A program made the position numbers and the translations under genes. From Callorhinchus milii (taxonomy: Eukaryota): a stretch of DNA of 64,000 nucleotides. Under the pieces are notes generated by a model. That model ran no database searches. It worked only from the letters and a program-made list of their open reading frames with translations, and was not told the origin of the DNA. The DNA is taken from NCBI RefSeq assembly GCF_018977255.1, contig NW_024704743.1, forward strand, positions 82,462,001 to 82,526,000, written 5' to 3'. This document shows, one piece after another, positions 1-12,630 of this stretch (the first letter of the stretch is position 1; the number at the start of each line of letters is the position of its first letter).

Positions 1-99
1 TTACAAAAAATAAGGTATTATCAATCAACATGGAGGTTACATCTCTCAGTACCCTAAACTCAAAAGTATAATAAATAGTGTGAAAAATTAGAACTGGAT

Positions 100-952
100 A
101 TCAATTTATTCAAACCACAGCTTGCAACCCTTTTATTCAGAATGCTTACAATACTTAAATACTATATAAATGCAGTACTGTATACATAGAAGCAGCACTT
201 TTCTAATTTCAGCATATGAAATGACTTGCAGAACATATTGAAAAGTACTAGCACTTGGAAATATGGCTTTAGAAGTATTTGGGAAAAATATGATTCTGAC
301 TGACATTATTGCCAAACGCACTAACCTCTACAATATACTGCTAGTATGTCATATATATTATATATATAATATATATTATATATCTAAGAGTAATTCAGGG
401 CAATGCGTAAAAGCATAAAGTTGAACAGACAAAATTTCAGAAGCATAGACAAAAAGCATCATGCATAATTAAATCACAAACAATAAATCAGTTTACATTT
501 CTTTACTGATGAATGTTTAGTTTAAACTAATGCTGAATGTTGCTTAATTGCTCAAAGCTTGTTGTAGCTGTTGATAATCACACTGAGCCAAACTATTTGC
601 ATAATGTAACGATTATGTGAAGATAGACAAAAAAACTAGTCACTAAAACCTAAAAAAATTAAAGAGAACGTACTCAAAGACAGATCTCCAAAATCAAACC
701 TCAGAGTAGAAATGTATTAAAATCCCAAACTATACAATGTAGTTTCAAAACAATCACTTATGTACAATGATCCTTCCAACTGTAGTATTAAAACTTTGGC
801 ACTATTGAAATTAAAAAAAAGCCTCTCATACTGAGCACATAGATATTTCTTTCTGGGAAGTAATCTTGCAGCTCACTGAGGATATCCATAGCCGATTCTC
901 GGTTTTGAATTCTTTGACCCATTTGTCCTCTATGGAGATAAATTTCCAGCTT
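100..952 (-). other. Candidate ZHX1 terminal (3'UTR) exon
   Basis: Minus-strand acceptor ..ttttccag|AAGCTGG at 954-953, followed by repeat-free AU-rich sequence with AATAAA hexamers at 132-137 and 105-110. Inferred only; no transcript data. Confidence 0.35.
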
Positions 953-1039
953 CTGGAAAAANTAAAATAACAGGTAAAATGACCTTTGGTCATTGTTTAT
1001 TATACAAAGCATTAGTACCGTTGGAGGAAAAATAACTGC

Positions 1040-1454
1040 CTGGTGTCTACAAACATAGCATTTGGTTTTATGTGAGGAGAACGTCTCAAAGCACTTCACA
1101 GGATTCACTGTAAAGCCTAGCAAATGTGTATTTGTAGGCAAAGCTGCAACCAACCTGCACATGGTACAAAAAGCCATGAATAGAATGATCAATTTTATTT
1201 GAGGGATTGTTGGTCAGGTCACAAAGAGAAACTTCCTTCTCTCTTCGAATAGTGCTATGGGATCTTTAATATCCTCCTGAACAGGCAGAAGGGTCCTTGG
1301 TTTAACGTCTTATCGAAAGGATGGTATCTCCAATAATGCAATGCTCCTCCAACACTCAACCTGGACTACAAGCTCAAAGTTTCTATTTGGGGCTTGAACC
1401 GACAGCCTTCTGACTCAGAGACAAAAGCGCTGCCAACCAAGCCAAGCTGACACC
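1040..1454 (-). mobile_element. Deu-domain SINE (SacSINE1/AmnSINE1-like), older family B
   Basis: Head GGTGTCAGC..CTGAGTCAGAAGG..GGTTCAAGCCCC and Deu-type core AGACGTTAAACCAAGG..CTGCCTGTTCAGG..AAAGATCCCATAGCACTATTCGAAGA. Confidence 0.8.
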
Positions 1455-3567
1455 TTTAATAGAATGTATATTAAAATATTATTTGTGGATACAAATACAT
1501 AATATAAAATTAGGAAGAACAGCTGATGGTTCCAGACTGTACCATTAGCAAATTCTACGGTAACATTTAATTGTACAGGTGTAAAAACCTCCAACTGATG
1601 TTTTAAGTATCCCACACTTGTGAGACTGAATTCAAGATTTCAAAAAGTCTCCCTCTCAGATTGCACCCCCCCCACCACTCTATTGCTCTCTTGCTTCTCC
1701 ACCTATCCCATCCCAGGTACCTGTTACTTACCTGCCTGGCTATTGATATAATTGGTATCAGAATTCAGCACTGCTCGTTCTCATTCTCACTCTCTCTCTT
1801 TCTAGTAAGAACAAGCAAATGAGTCATATTAGGAGGCCAGGGCAGTGTTAACATAAGGGTTATACATTAAGAGCATGCTTTCACTGCTATGTGAAGCCCA
1901 AATGATGTTTAGCATTTTTAACATTTCTAATTCACAGGATAGCACAAATCTATGTTACTCTATGCACCAGAATGGGAGTTAGGTAACGTAAGGATATTTA
2001 CAATACGTTTCTTGCACTTCCTTTATAAACTTTTAATCAAGTAAGCTACCCCTCATGAAAAGACATACTGTATAATATCAATTACACCAATTAGTAGATA
2101 ATTATATAAGCAGTGCCTTTGGAAATTTAAGAATCCTTAAAGATGATTAATTAAGCTACAACAAATCAATACTCCCAAATGGAGTTCGCGTCACTGGTTC
2201 CAATTGCTTTGTATCTCATAGCAGTGGAGCATCTTTACTTGTTACATTGAAGCACAAGCCAGAAGTTAACGCTTTAGATTTAGGTACCATATCAGTCTGA
2301 GGGTACTTTGCAATACCATTAACCTTGACTTTTCTAGACATCTGAAACCCAGTAATGCACAAGGAACCATACAAACATTCTAAACCGGGGTACAATTTTT
2401 TCACATTGCTACAAGACATAAGATGCAGTCTCATATGCTTCTCCAGTGGTTCAGCTGTTAAATGACCCATCTAGTACGTAACTTAGAAGGGTTCTAGACC
2501 AGAAGGGTTCTAGACTTGATCTCAGGTCCTCATCTAGCAGATCTCAGCTGCAACAGCCGCAGAGAGCGCCACAATTAGCCTCAGCCCCGAGGGATAAAGA
2601 GGAAATAAAAGCCTCTGACCTCTTTCAGAGAATAAGCATAGGATGTGAAACAAGGTCTGTGTTCCGTTTAACTCTGATGCTCCTTAGAGTCACACTGTCT
2701 GTCAAAAATACATTGTTCAGTCTCACACCTGAAGAACCTCCTTCACGTGGTAACCGAGGATGCTTGGATCTTTGTTTGTGTAATTGTACTCCAGCATTAG
2801 TAAGGCATTCAGGAAAGAGAGGGGGACAAAATAAACAACCACAATCAATTGCACTTTAAGACAATATGGACGTGTATGGCTCGGGAGCCAGACTACAAAA
2901 TCGCTTCAAGGGATTGATTTGATTCAGGCAATCAATGAAGCGCTCTGGGACGCTGCCCTAAGTGAAGGGCGCTATATAAATGCAAGTTGTTGATTCTGAT
3001 TTTTCGTTGCCAAGCATGCTCACATAACATTAAACTAAACCCAGCCCTATAGAGACCCTGATTAACTTCTCCCGCCCCCAGGAGGAGTCACTAGTTGGCT
3101 ACTAAGCATCTAATGACCAATTACTGACTATCAAGTACAGTTTTGAGTTCTTGTTAAGTGAATAGCAGGTGCCAGAACTACTTGAGCGTTCCATGGTGAG
3201 CGGGACAACTCGTAAAATGTGAGAGAATCACTACCATCTTACTGACTACAGTCCAGAGGCACATTTACCACTATCCACTGAGTAATGGTTCTTCCAGTTG
3301 GATATGAGGAGTTTCAGCAGCAGCTTCTTAACTTTCTGTATACCAAACTAGGTGCACATTCAAGCCCTGAATATATGAGCATGTTTTCATGAATCTGAAC
3401 AGGTAAAGCTTCCAGCAGCTCTCAAGTCTCAAGGTTATTTGACACATATCTGCTTTCAGCATGGTGGAAACCTACACAGGACAACTTACTGTGTGAGACC
3501 ACTTGACATATTCTAGAGGTCCACTTCCAATGCTGCAAACCAAGGTACTGTGTATTTATACACATTA

Positions 3568-3945
3568 CGCGTGCCTTCACCTCGCCCAACTCCACTGGCT
3601 TCCCATCACACAGAGGATACAGATCCTCCTTGGCCTTGCTCCTTCTACCAACCTGCTCAGTCTGCTCTGGCCTGCTTCACGCCCCACACCTCGCCTGCCA
3701 TTCGCAGGCAGGCCTTCTGCCACTCTGCCCCTACCCTCTGGAACTCTTTCCCGCAGCCCTCTGCCTCGCACCGTCCCTTGCCTCCTTCAAGACCCTCCTC
3801 TTCGACCATACCTTCAATCAACCTCCGTCCCCCCCTGCCTTCCACCTCCCCAATCCCGACCCTCAGCTCAGGTCCGAAACATTGATTGCCCAGCGCCTTG
3901 GGACATCCTCCTGATGTGAATGGCACTATACAAATGTAATTTTGT
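3568..3945 (+). mobile_element. L2-clade LINE 3' fragment
   Basis: LHWLPI..AFCHSAPTLWNS C-terminal motifs and a stem-loop 3' tail. Confidence 0.85.
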
Positions 3946-4126
3946 TTTATAGATAACAATGCCACCAATTGCACATATCATAGGCCAACATTAGTTGATT
4001 TGTAAATACTAATTAATGATAAAATGCATATCTTAACTAATTTGTCCAACTGTAGTATTTATCCATGTTCCACTATGTGTGCTCGTAAGTGAACAAACCT
4101 TGTGCTTTGATGCACCTAGTATATAT

Positions 4127-4480
4127 AACAACAACTTGCACTTATATAGCGCCCTCCACGCAGAGTTGCATCTCAGAGTGCTCAACAGTAGTGGAGCTTG
4201 ATTCCGAGCCATGGTGGGGGGGTAGTGGGGAGGTGACTGTAAGCATAGTCAAAGAGGAAGATCTTCAGGTGGGACTTGAAAAAGGGGAGAGAGGGGGCAA
4301 GGCAGAGGGATTGAGGGAGAGTGTTCCAGAGTTTTGGGGTATAGTGGCTGAAAGCATAACTTCTGATGGTGGGGTGGAGGGTGCGAGGGACGACCAGGAG
4401 GCCGGTGCCAGCCCAGTGGAGGCGTCAGGTGGTGGATTGGGAGTGAGGTGGATTGGGGAGTGAGGAGGTTGGAGAGGTAT
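4127..4480 (-). mobile_element. L2-clade LINE 3' fragment
   Basis: Reverse complement of the ..GCGCTATATAAGTGCAAGTTGTTG tail plus degenerate ORF2 end. Confidence 0.8.
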
Positions 4481-6029
4481 GCATGTCCCCCGTAAATTCC
4501 TCTGTGCAGTCTCAGTACAAGTAGAAAGAATCACATTAAAATATGACTAATTTGAAGATTTGCACCAGCAGTGCTCTGTGATGGCAAGTCATAAAGTGAT
4601 GAAGCATCAACATGTTTGGGGGAAAGAAGGCAGCTATATGCATATGGTGCAGGTCCTGAATCCCAAACAGACAGTTCACTGACCACGTAAGCCAAACTTT
4701 GTGCCTGTAATGTTAGAGATGCTGCATAATTTTGTTTGGCACATCCTGAATTCAGCCATTGATTGGTCAAGACCAGTCTGAACAACATCTCTCACCTCTG
4801 CCAAATCTTCACTGAGTAACTGTTCCTCACCAGTGGCGTACCCATACTCTGGTCTTTACACTGATTAAGTTGGGGGGGGGCGTTGAAAATTATAATTTTA
4901 TTCAGGACTTTTTTGGTCCTGCTCCGTGAAAGAGTGCCTTGTGCACTTCTGGTTCCTCTATGTATGCATAAATAAAACTTATTTTGTGCACTCAGCTGTT
5001 TAGGCTCAAACCTGTTAAAGATTGTTGATTCAGCTAAAATTCAACCAAGCCAAGAGCGTTGTTTTCACATTGTTTTCGCAATTTAGTCAACACTGTGAAA
5101 AGCTTTGAGAAATCCTTGTGACGTGAAAGGCACTATATTAGATGCAAAGATTATTATTTATTTTTAACATGCAACATTAGTAACTGTGTGCTCTTCCTAC
5201 TCAGACCCTATTGGCATCACCAGGATTCTATGCCAGAAAATATGTGTGTATGTTGGGTTTGGCAGTGCTCGCTATCACAAAATAGAGTGATTTCTTAACT
5301 TCCACCAGATGAATCTATTGTCCAGTAAATCTGGTCTTTCGCAATTTTTTAGTGAGTCATCCTTGAATCAGTTGTGGCACCGGTGTTATTTTTTTTAAAG
5401 AGCTCCTTCTTCATTTATTGAGGTGCTTAAGAATGATATTGCTAACAATTGTTACTCATGGTGGTACATTTGATGCTAATGGAGTAAAAAAATGAATTCA
5501 ATCTGCATATCAGAACTGAATGCAATCCACTAAAACACACAAACATGATTTTAAAAAATTGGTCAAATGGTGCTTCTTCCAACTCTATACCCAAGTTAAG
5601 TTGAAACTCTAGAATGCATGTATTGATTGAAAAAAAACTGGCCCCTGACCTCGTGTAAGTTTGAAATGATCATCTTTGGGGTTTCATGTACCTGAAAGTA
5701 AAATTAACTCAGAACACTAACCCAGACAAAGCCAATTTCCCAGAAATTCTTAAGGTTCTTCAAGAAAACATATCCTGTTGGGCACCTTTCCTAATCTCAC
5801 TGCTGAGAAGAAACTGTTCTTCAAATTGACATTTTGTCAAGACAGCTGTATAAATTCCAAACAATTCCAGGCAAGATTCCCAAACTATCTTTACTAAATA
5901 GGCCAAACCAATCAGATCTATTTAGAAGAGAAACAGAGCAATACTGGGCATTAAAAAGCAACAGCTGGTTAAAGACACACTTACCTAAATGTCACTCCAT
6001 CAATATTAATTTAATCCTATCCAATGCTT

Positions 6030-7110
6030 TACCAGCTCAAGGGCTTCTCCTCCCGCTCTCACCCGGTCACCTGTGGGGTACCCCAAGGATCCATCCTTGG
6101 CCTCCTCCTCTTTCTGATCTACGTGCTCCCTCTTGGGGATGTATCCGCAGACATGGGGTACACTTCCACATGTATGCAGACGACACCCAACTCTATTTTT
6201 CCACCTCTCTTTGCGACTCCCAGCCCCCTGATGTTCTGTCAGCCTGCCTGTCAGATCTCAGGGGCTGGATGAGAGCAAATTTCCTTCAGCGGAACGTTGA
6301 CAAGACGGAAGCCATACTCTTTGGCTCTCGTTGCGGCTCTCACCTCCTCCATCTACCCGACCTCCCACTAAAACTCTCCAAACTCATACGCAACCTAGGC
6401 GTCAGGTTCGACCCCAAATTATCCTTCCTCCCCCACATCCAGTCCCTCATCAGCACCGCTTTCTTCCACCTCCGACGCATCACCCGTCTCCGCCAATGCC
6501 TCTCCCCAAAAGTCGCTGAAACCCTGGTCCATGCCTTTGTCACCTCTCGGCTGGACTACTCTAATGCCCTCCTCGACGGTCTCCCATCTACTATCATTCA
6601 TAAAATCCAGATCATTCAAAACTCTGCCGCCCGCATTCTCACCCGCACGAAACTCCGCTTCCCCAGTCCTTGCCAGACTGCACAGGCTCCCTGTCCCAGA
6701 GAGGATGGATTTCAAGATCCTCACCCTTGTATTCAAATCCCTGCACTCCTCTGCACTCCCCTATCTCTCTGACGTCCTCTCTCCTCAAAACAGTACCCGT
6801 TGCCTCCGTTCCTCTGGGTCTGGCCTCCTCCTCGTCCCCCGAGTCCTCCGCTCCACCCTCAGCGGCCGTGCCTTCAGCCACCATGCCCCAAGGCTCTGGA
6901 ACTCCCTTCCTCACTCCCTTCACCTCGCTCCCTCCCTTCCTATTCCTCCCTTCCTATTTTCAGGTTTCTGCTGAAGACCTTTCTTTTCGACCGCGCCTTT
7001 GGTCATCTTCCTCCCCCTCCCCCTGGCTCGGCCCCGGGATCTGTTACTGTGAAGCGCTCCAAGACACCGCCCGGCGTGGAGGGCTCTATACAAATCCAAG
7101 TTGTTGTTGG
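6030..7110 (+). mobile_element. L2-clade LINE, 5'-truncated (RT domain to 3' tail)
   Basis: [47 protein letters not shown] spread over frameshifted ORFs; ends in (GTT)n. Confidence 0.93.
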
Positions 7111-7448
7111 TAGTAATTAAACACGACTGTTACCAGCTTCTCCTCATCAGAAACATTTCCTATATCTCTACCGTTTAAGTAATACAACCTATCTAGTTAT
7201 GGTCTGGGTCACTACTTCTAGATACATTGGTGGCAATATCCATTTGGTGAAACAAAATAAAGCCTGAGGAGGGCAAGAGGTGATATTCAGTCTCTCACTT
7301 CAACATTAAATTCTTTGGTGCCCTGAATATCCAATTGCAGTTCTTCCAGATGAATATGTAATCTATTGTCACCTCTCGGCTGGACTACTCTAATGCCCTC
7401 CTTGCCGGTCTCCCATCCACTACCATCCATAAAATCCAGATCATTCAA

Positions 7449-9600
7449 CAACAACAACAACAACAAGATTCCATTTATTGAGCGCTTTTCACGTCGGGAG
7501 GACGTCCTAAGGCGCTGTACAGTTGGGTCATGACCCGAGCAGGGGGGAAATGGTCAGGGTGAGGGGAGGGAAGGGAGAGAGCGAGGAGGGGGGAAATGGT
7601 GAGGGGAGGGAAGGGAGGGAGCGAGGAGGGGGTAGAGATTCGAGAGGGGAGCTGAAGGCACAGTCAAAGAGAAAGGTCTTGAGACCGGCCTTGAAGGAGG
7701 AAAGGGAGGAGGCGGCGAAGGCACTGGGGGATAGAGTTCCAGAGCCTGGGGGCTGAGAGGCTGAAGGCCCGGCCACCGATGGTAGGGCGGTTGGGGCGGG
7801 GGATGTGGAGCAGACCGGAGCCAGAGGAACGGAGGGTATGGGCAGGTAAGTAGGGGGATAGTAGGTTGGAGAGGTAGGAGGGAGCAAGGCCGTGAATGGC
7901 CTTGTAGGTGAGGATGAGGATCTTGAATTCGATCCTCTGGGGGATGGGGAGCCAGTGGAGGCGAGCGAGGGTGGGAGTGATGTGGTCCCGAAGCCTGGTG
8001 CGGGACAGTACACGAGCTGCAGAGTTCTGAATGACCTGCAGCTTGTGGAGGGAGGTGCCGGGAAGGCCGGCGAGGAGAGAGTTCCCATAGTCCAGCCTTG
8101 AGGTGACAAAGGCGTGGACCAGAGTTTCAGCAGCGTGAGGGGTGAGGTAGTGCCGTAGTCTGGCGATGTTCCGGAGGTGATGGAAGGCGGTGCCAGTTGT
8201 GGCGCGGATATGAGGGAGAAAGGACAGCTCAGGGTCGAACAGAACCCCGAGGTTCCTGACCGGCTTTGAGAGGTGGAGAGTGCAGCCTTGGATGCTGATG
8301 CTGTCAGCGCCTGAGGTGCGGAGGCGCTGACGTGAGCCAATCAGGAGGGCCTCAGTTTTACGCACATTGAGCTGAAGAAAGTTGTCTCTCGTCCAGGACT
8401 CGATGTCGGACAGGCAGCTGTCAGGACATCGGTGGTCGTGGAGTTGAGAGTAGAGGAGGAAAGGTAGAGTTGGGTGTCATCCGCATACATGTGGAAGTTA
8501 ACCCCATGTCTGCAGATGATGGCACCAAGGAGGGTATAGAGGGTGAAGAGGAGGGGACCGAGGACAGAGCCCTGAGGGACACCGCAGGAGACAGTGCGGG
8601 GGGTGGAGGAAAAGCCGTTTGCAGAGACAAAGTGAAGACGGTGGGAGAAGTAGGACCTAAACCACTCAAGGACAGTGCCTTGAAGGTTGAGGTGGGAGGA
8701 CAAGCGGTGGAGGAGGATAGCGTGGTCGACCGTATCGAATGCTGCCGATAGGTCGAGGAGATCGAGGAGGCAGAGGGAGCCCTGGTCACAGATGGTCAGG
8801 ATGTCATTGGTGACCTTGACCAGGGCAGTTTCTGTGCTATGGGCAGAACGGAAACCCGACTGAAGGGGTTCGAATAGTGAATGGTTGGAGAGGAAAGAGC
8901 GCAGTTGGGAGGCGACAACTTGTTCCAGGACCTTGGACAGGAAGGGGAGGTTGGAGATGGGCCGGTAGCTGATAGCTGCGACGCATCAAGGGAGGGTTTT
9001 TTTAAGGTGGGAGTGAAGGAAATCCAGCATCTCCTCGCAGTGAAGGTTGGAGGAGATGACCTGCGAGGGGTGGCGGGGGGGACGGAGGAGTTGGGATGTG
9101 GTAGAGAACAGTAGCCTGGGGTTGTCCTTCGCCTCCAGGATTATCCTGGAGTAGAAGGAGGATTTGGCCGAGGCTAGAGTGGAACGGTAGATTTTGAGGA
9201 GGTCCAGCCAGATTTGTCGGTGGACCGTTGGGCCAGATTTGACCAGGTGCGTTCAGCGGCCCGCACCTGGCTCTTCAGTGAGCGGAGGTGGGTGGTGAAC
9301 CAGGGAGAGGAGTGAGAGTAGGAGACAGTACGGGAGGTGATAGGGGCAAGAGTGTCAAGTGTGGAGGAGAGGGTGTTGTGGAGGAGGGTGAGAGCAGAAG
9401 AGGGGTCGGTGAGGGTTGAAGGCCAGAGGGAGAGGAGTTCAGAGGACTCCAAGGCAGCGGTTAAGGATTGAGGGGGTAACTTCTTCCAGGGGCGGTAGAA
9501 GATGGTGGTGGGTCTGGTGGAGGTGGGGAGGGGGGTGGAGGTGGTGAAGGAGATGAAGTGGTGGTCGGAGATGGCCTTATCGGTGATGGTGACATCTGAG
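7449..9600 (-). mobile_element. L2-clade LINE, ~2.1 kb, 5'-truncated with an internal deletion near 9020
   Basis: Endonuclease end (AISDHHFISF), RT motifs ([31 protein letters not shown]) and a (GTT)n tail seen as (CAA)n from 7446; frameshifted. Confidence 0.95.
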
Positions 9601-10082
9601 ACACTGAGACACTCAAAACTCTCGGAAAGTATAAATATAGAAAAACAGTTTGGAAGACATCTGGAGCTCAAGCTTCCCTTTCTGTTGGTGAATGGAAAAC
9701 CATTTGCAAAGCAACACACAGAATCTCAATCTGCAATAAGTTTAAAAGGCAAATGAAAGCTCAACCAAAGGACCATATTATATATTAGCTTGGCTGCACA
9801 CGCTGAACTCCAAAATAGCAGTGGAGTAGCGAGGAAGGCTGCTATGGCAGAGCACAATTCATATCAGAAATTTTCCATAGCCTAACACGTGTTGCATCCA
9901 AACACAATTTGTTCTTGTCGTCAGATGCTGTTCCTTAGGAAAACAGTTTTTCTGGACTTAACACTGAGCATACTGAATTAATGAATGAATTATCTTCAAG
10001 CCAATGTATGGTTTTTACTATAATCTGGATTGTTCAGTAAAATTAAATCCCGACATCATTGTGTTCAATATCTGCGTACAAC

Positions 10083-10432
10083 AATAATAATCCTTGCATT
10101 TGATACAGAGCCTTATCACGTCTTCGACACATCTCAAAGCGCCTCACAGGATATACTGCATTTTGTGGGCAAAACACAGCAGTCAATTACTCACAGCAGT
10201 GTCCCGCACAGTTGTGGATTGAGTGACTAATTATTACAATTTTTTTTGACAGAATTATTACCCCAGGAAAAACAATTGCTAATCGACTAACAACCGGGTT
10301 CCTACTTAATGTTAGGTAAACAGAGGCGCGTGGAGTAAGGAAATTTGCCTAACCTTTCGTCCTGCCAGGAATCAAACCCAGGTCCTCTGCTTGCAAGGCG
10401 AGTGCTCTAACCACTAATCTGCAGGACTCCAC
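10083..10432 (-). mobile_element. tRNA-derived SINE family A, long form
   Basis: tRNA-like head with A/B boxes, GGCAAATTTCCTTAC segment, Deu-like GCTGTG..ATTGACTGC segment and (ATT)n tail. Confidence 0.9.
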
Positions 10433-11469
10433 ATTGAGGCTTGGAATGTGTCGCAGCCAAATTAAGACAGATACTGAATGTGCTACAAAATGGCAAAATT
10501 GTCTGAAATGCACCTTCATCATTAATAAAATTAATATTAAGGAAAAGTAAAGAAACTGTTCAAACAGCAAATCCTTTAAACCTAGGAAGGATTAACAATG
10601 CTACTTCTGTTCACACCCTGCAATTTGAGTGTAGATAGCTGTTCATTGGTGTTGGCTCCAAAGAAAAACAAAATATATAAGATGTTACTAGAATGAACAC
10701 TTTGTGTGTGCTCCAAGCATCGGGGTGAGAAGACTTAGACAAAGCCATGGAAAACTTTATGATCCATATGAGCACAATACTTGATGCAATGGTTATGAAA
10801 ATAAATGCCAGGATTATTCAATAGGGCCCATTTGTATACTTCTCTTGTGGGACACAAACAAAATTCAACCATCCTTCACTGTCCGCTCTGACATCTTTAC
10901 CAGGAAGAAAATAGTAACCTCACCATGAAGGGTGGAAAAATAGCTGCATTTCCCAAACACTATACAGAACACTGTGTAAACATATGATGGTTATTAAAAA
11001 AAAAGCTGAAATAATTGGGACATAAACCACAAGCTTAACCATCACCATTTGTGACATCATCTCAACCAGTAAATGGGTTACAACCTTATAACATGTGCCA
11101 TACTGTCATTCCTGGAAATAAAATACAAGTACACAGAATCACGTTACAATAAAAATATTACAAGTCTTTCACTTGGAATGTTTTTTTTAAAAAAAACAAA
11201 TGTTTTTGCATTATATGCCCTACAGTTCAATCTTTGCTTCTAAACACAAGTTCCAAGAGTATATATTTAACCCTTTCCACGATGGAATCAGACCCGTAAT
11301 AACCACTATTATTCCTATATGTGAGAGAATTGTGTTCATTAAGAGTATAAAGTACAGACAGATTTTATAGGGGTTAAAAAAAGACTGGAAATCCTCAATT
11401 AGGCTGAATTCTACTTCACGCCCACTGCTTTGTTCTACAAAACCTAATTCTATCAAGTCTAACAATTAC

Positions 11470-11786
11470 GTGAAGTCCTGTAGCTCAGTGGTTAGAGCAC
11501 TCGCTTTGCAAGTGAGAGACCTGAGTTCAATTCCAGGCAGAAACCTTGGGCAAGTTTCCTTACTCCACACAGAGCCTAATAATAATCCCTCCAAAACCAA
11601 AAACAATAATAAATTGGTATTTTTCAATCCACGACTGTTTGTGGGACATTGCTGTACGCAATTGGCTGCTGCGTTCGCCCACAAATGTACAGTCAATTCA
11701 CTTTACAGTGTGTTCTGTGCAGCGCTTTGGGACGTCCTCCCGACATGAAAAGCGCTATAGCAAATGCAAGGATTATTATTATTATT
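11470..11786 (+). mobile_element. tRNA-derived SINE family A, short form, full length
   Basis: GTGAAGTCCTGTAGCTCAGTGGTTAGAGC..GAGTTCAATTCC head, L2-type tail and (ATT)n. Confidence 0.93.
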
Positions 11787-12120
11787 ACTTTACAGAGATT
11801 CGTCAGATTGTCAGCCCTGTAATAATCAGAGAAGCATACTACTTAAGCTTAACATTGATATATTACAACAAAAACACAGAAGTTGCTATCACTAAACTGA
11901 AAAACTGTATTAATTCAAAACATCTGCATCCATCTTGGATACAACAGTGTAGAATTAGGTTAACCATCCTTTGGTACAATCTAGCAAACAGTCATCAAGT
12001 CAAACTTGCCTATTGGTACCTGGGTATAATTAACCCAAGCAACCCAGTGTTCCCATAAGCCGCCAGGGTTACATTTGTCATCCATAATGTGGTAATGGTC
12101 ACAGAAGATGGGGAGCGGAT

Positions 12121-12630
12121 TTACTCTATCTTGGGGAGATGAAACGCAGATTGGGCGACTGATTTGCCGAACACCTCCATTCTGTCCGCAAGCACAACCC
12201 TGAGCTTCCAGTTTCTTGTCACTTCAACTCTCCCTCCCACTCTGACCTCTCCATCCATGGCCTCCTACACTGTTCCAACGAGCCACAGCACAAGCTCGAG
12301 GAACAGCACCTCATTTATCTGCTGTGACCATTCCCACATCATCTGGGTCCCAAACATACCTTTTCTCTCTCTTGTCTGGCTGTTTTGTTGCAATTCCCCC
12401 TCCCATCTTTGTTTTGCATTATTAACATCTCTTTAGCCCATCATCCCCTATCCTCTACCCCATTTTCTCCTTTGCTTCCTTATCCTCCTCCCACCTCTCC
12501 CTTAAAAGCCTCTCCCTCCCAACATGCCCCAGTTCTGACTCAGGGTCATGGACCTGAAACGTTGACTCACTTTCCTTTCTCCATAGATGCTGCCTGACCT
12601 GCTGAGTGTTCCCAGCGACTACCGTTTTCC
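12121..12630 (+). mobile_element. Penelope-like retroelement 3' fragment (GIY-YIG endonuclease remnant plus terminal repeat with degenerate hammerhead motif)
   Basis: The frame from 12121 reads LLYLGEMKRRLGD*FAEHLHSVRKHNPELPVSCHFNSPSHSDLSIHGLLHCSNEPQHKLEEQHLIYL. A pyrimidine-rich stretch follows, then AGTT-CTGACTCA-GGGTC-ATG-GACCT-GAAAC-GTT-GACT at 12531-12567. Confidence 0.8.

Noticed and set aside
351..383. Degenerate (TA)n tract
   Set aside because: Ordinary microsatellite.
788..1192. 134-aa ORF, and an EDKW peptide in another frame reminiscent of the C8orf76 C-terminus
   Set aside because: The ORF starts inside a SINE. The similarity is only four residues and no other C8orf76 exons were recognised.
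5834..6772. 312-aa ORF with a YADD motif
   Set aside because: Chance fusion of upstream unique sequence to a frameshifted L2 RT fragment.
7528..8340. 270-aa Pro/Ser-rich ORF and other overlapping ORFs in L2 copies
   Set aside because: Alternative frames of pyrimidine-rich L2 sequence.
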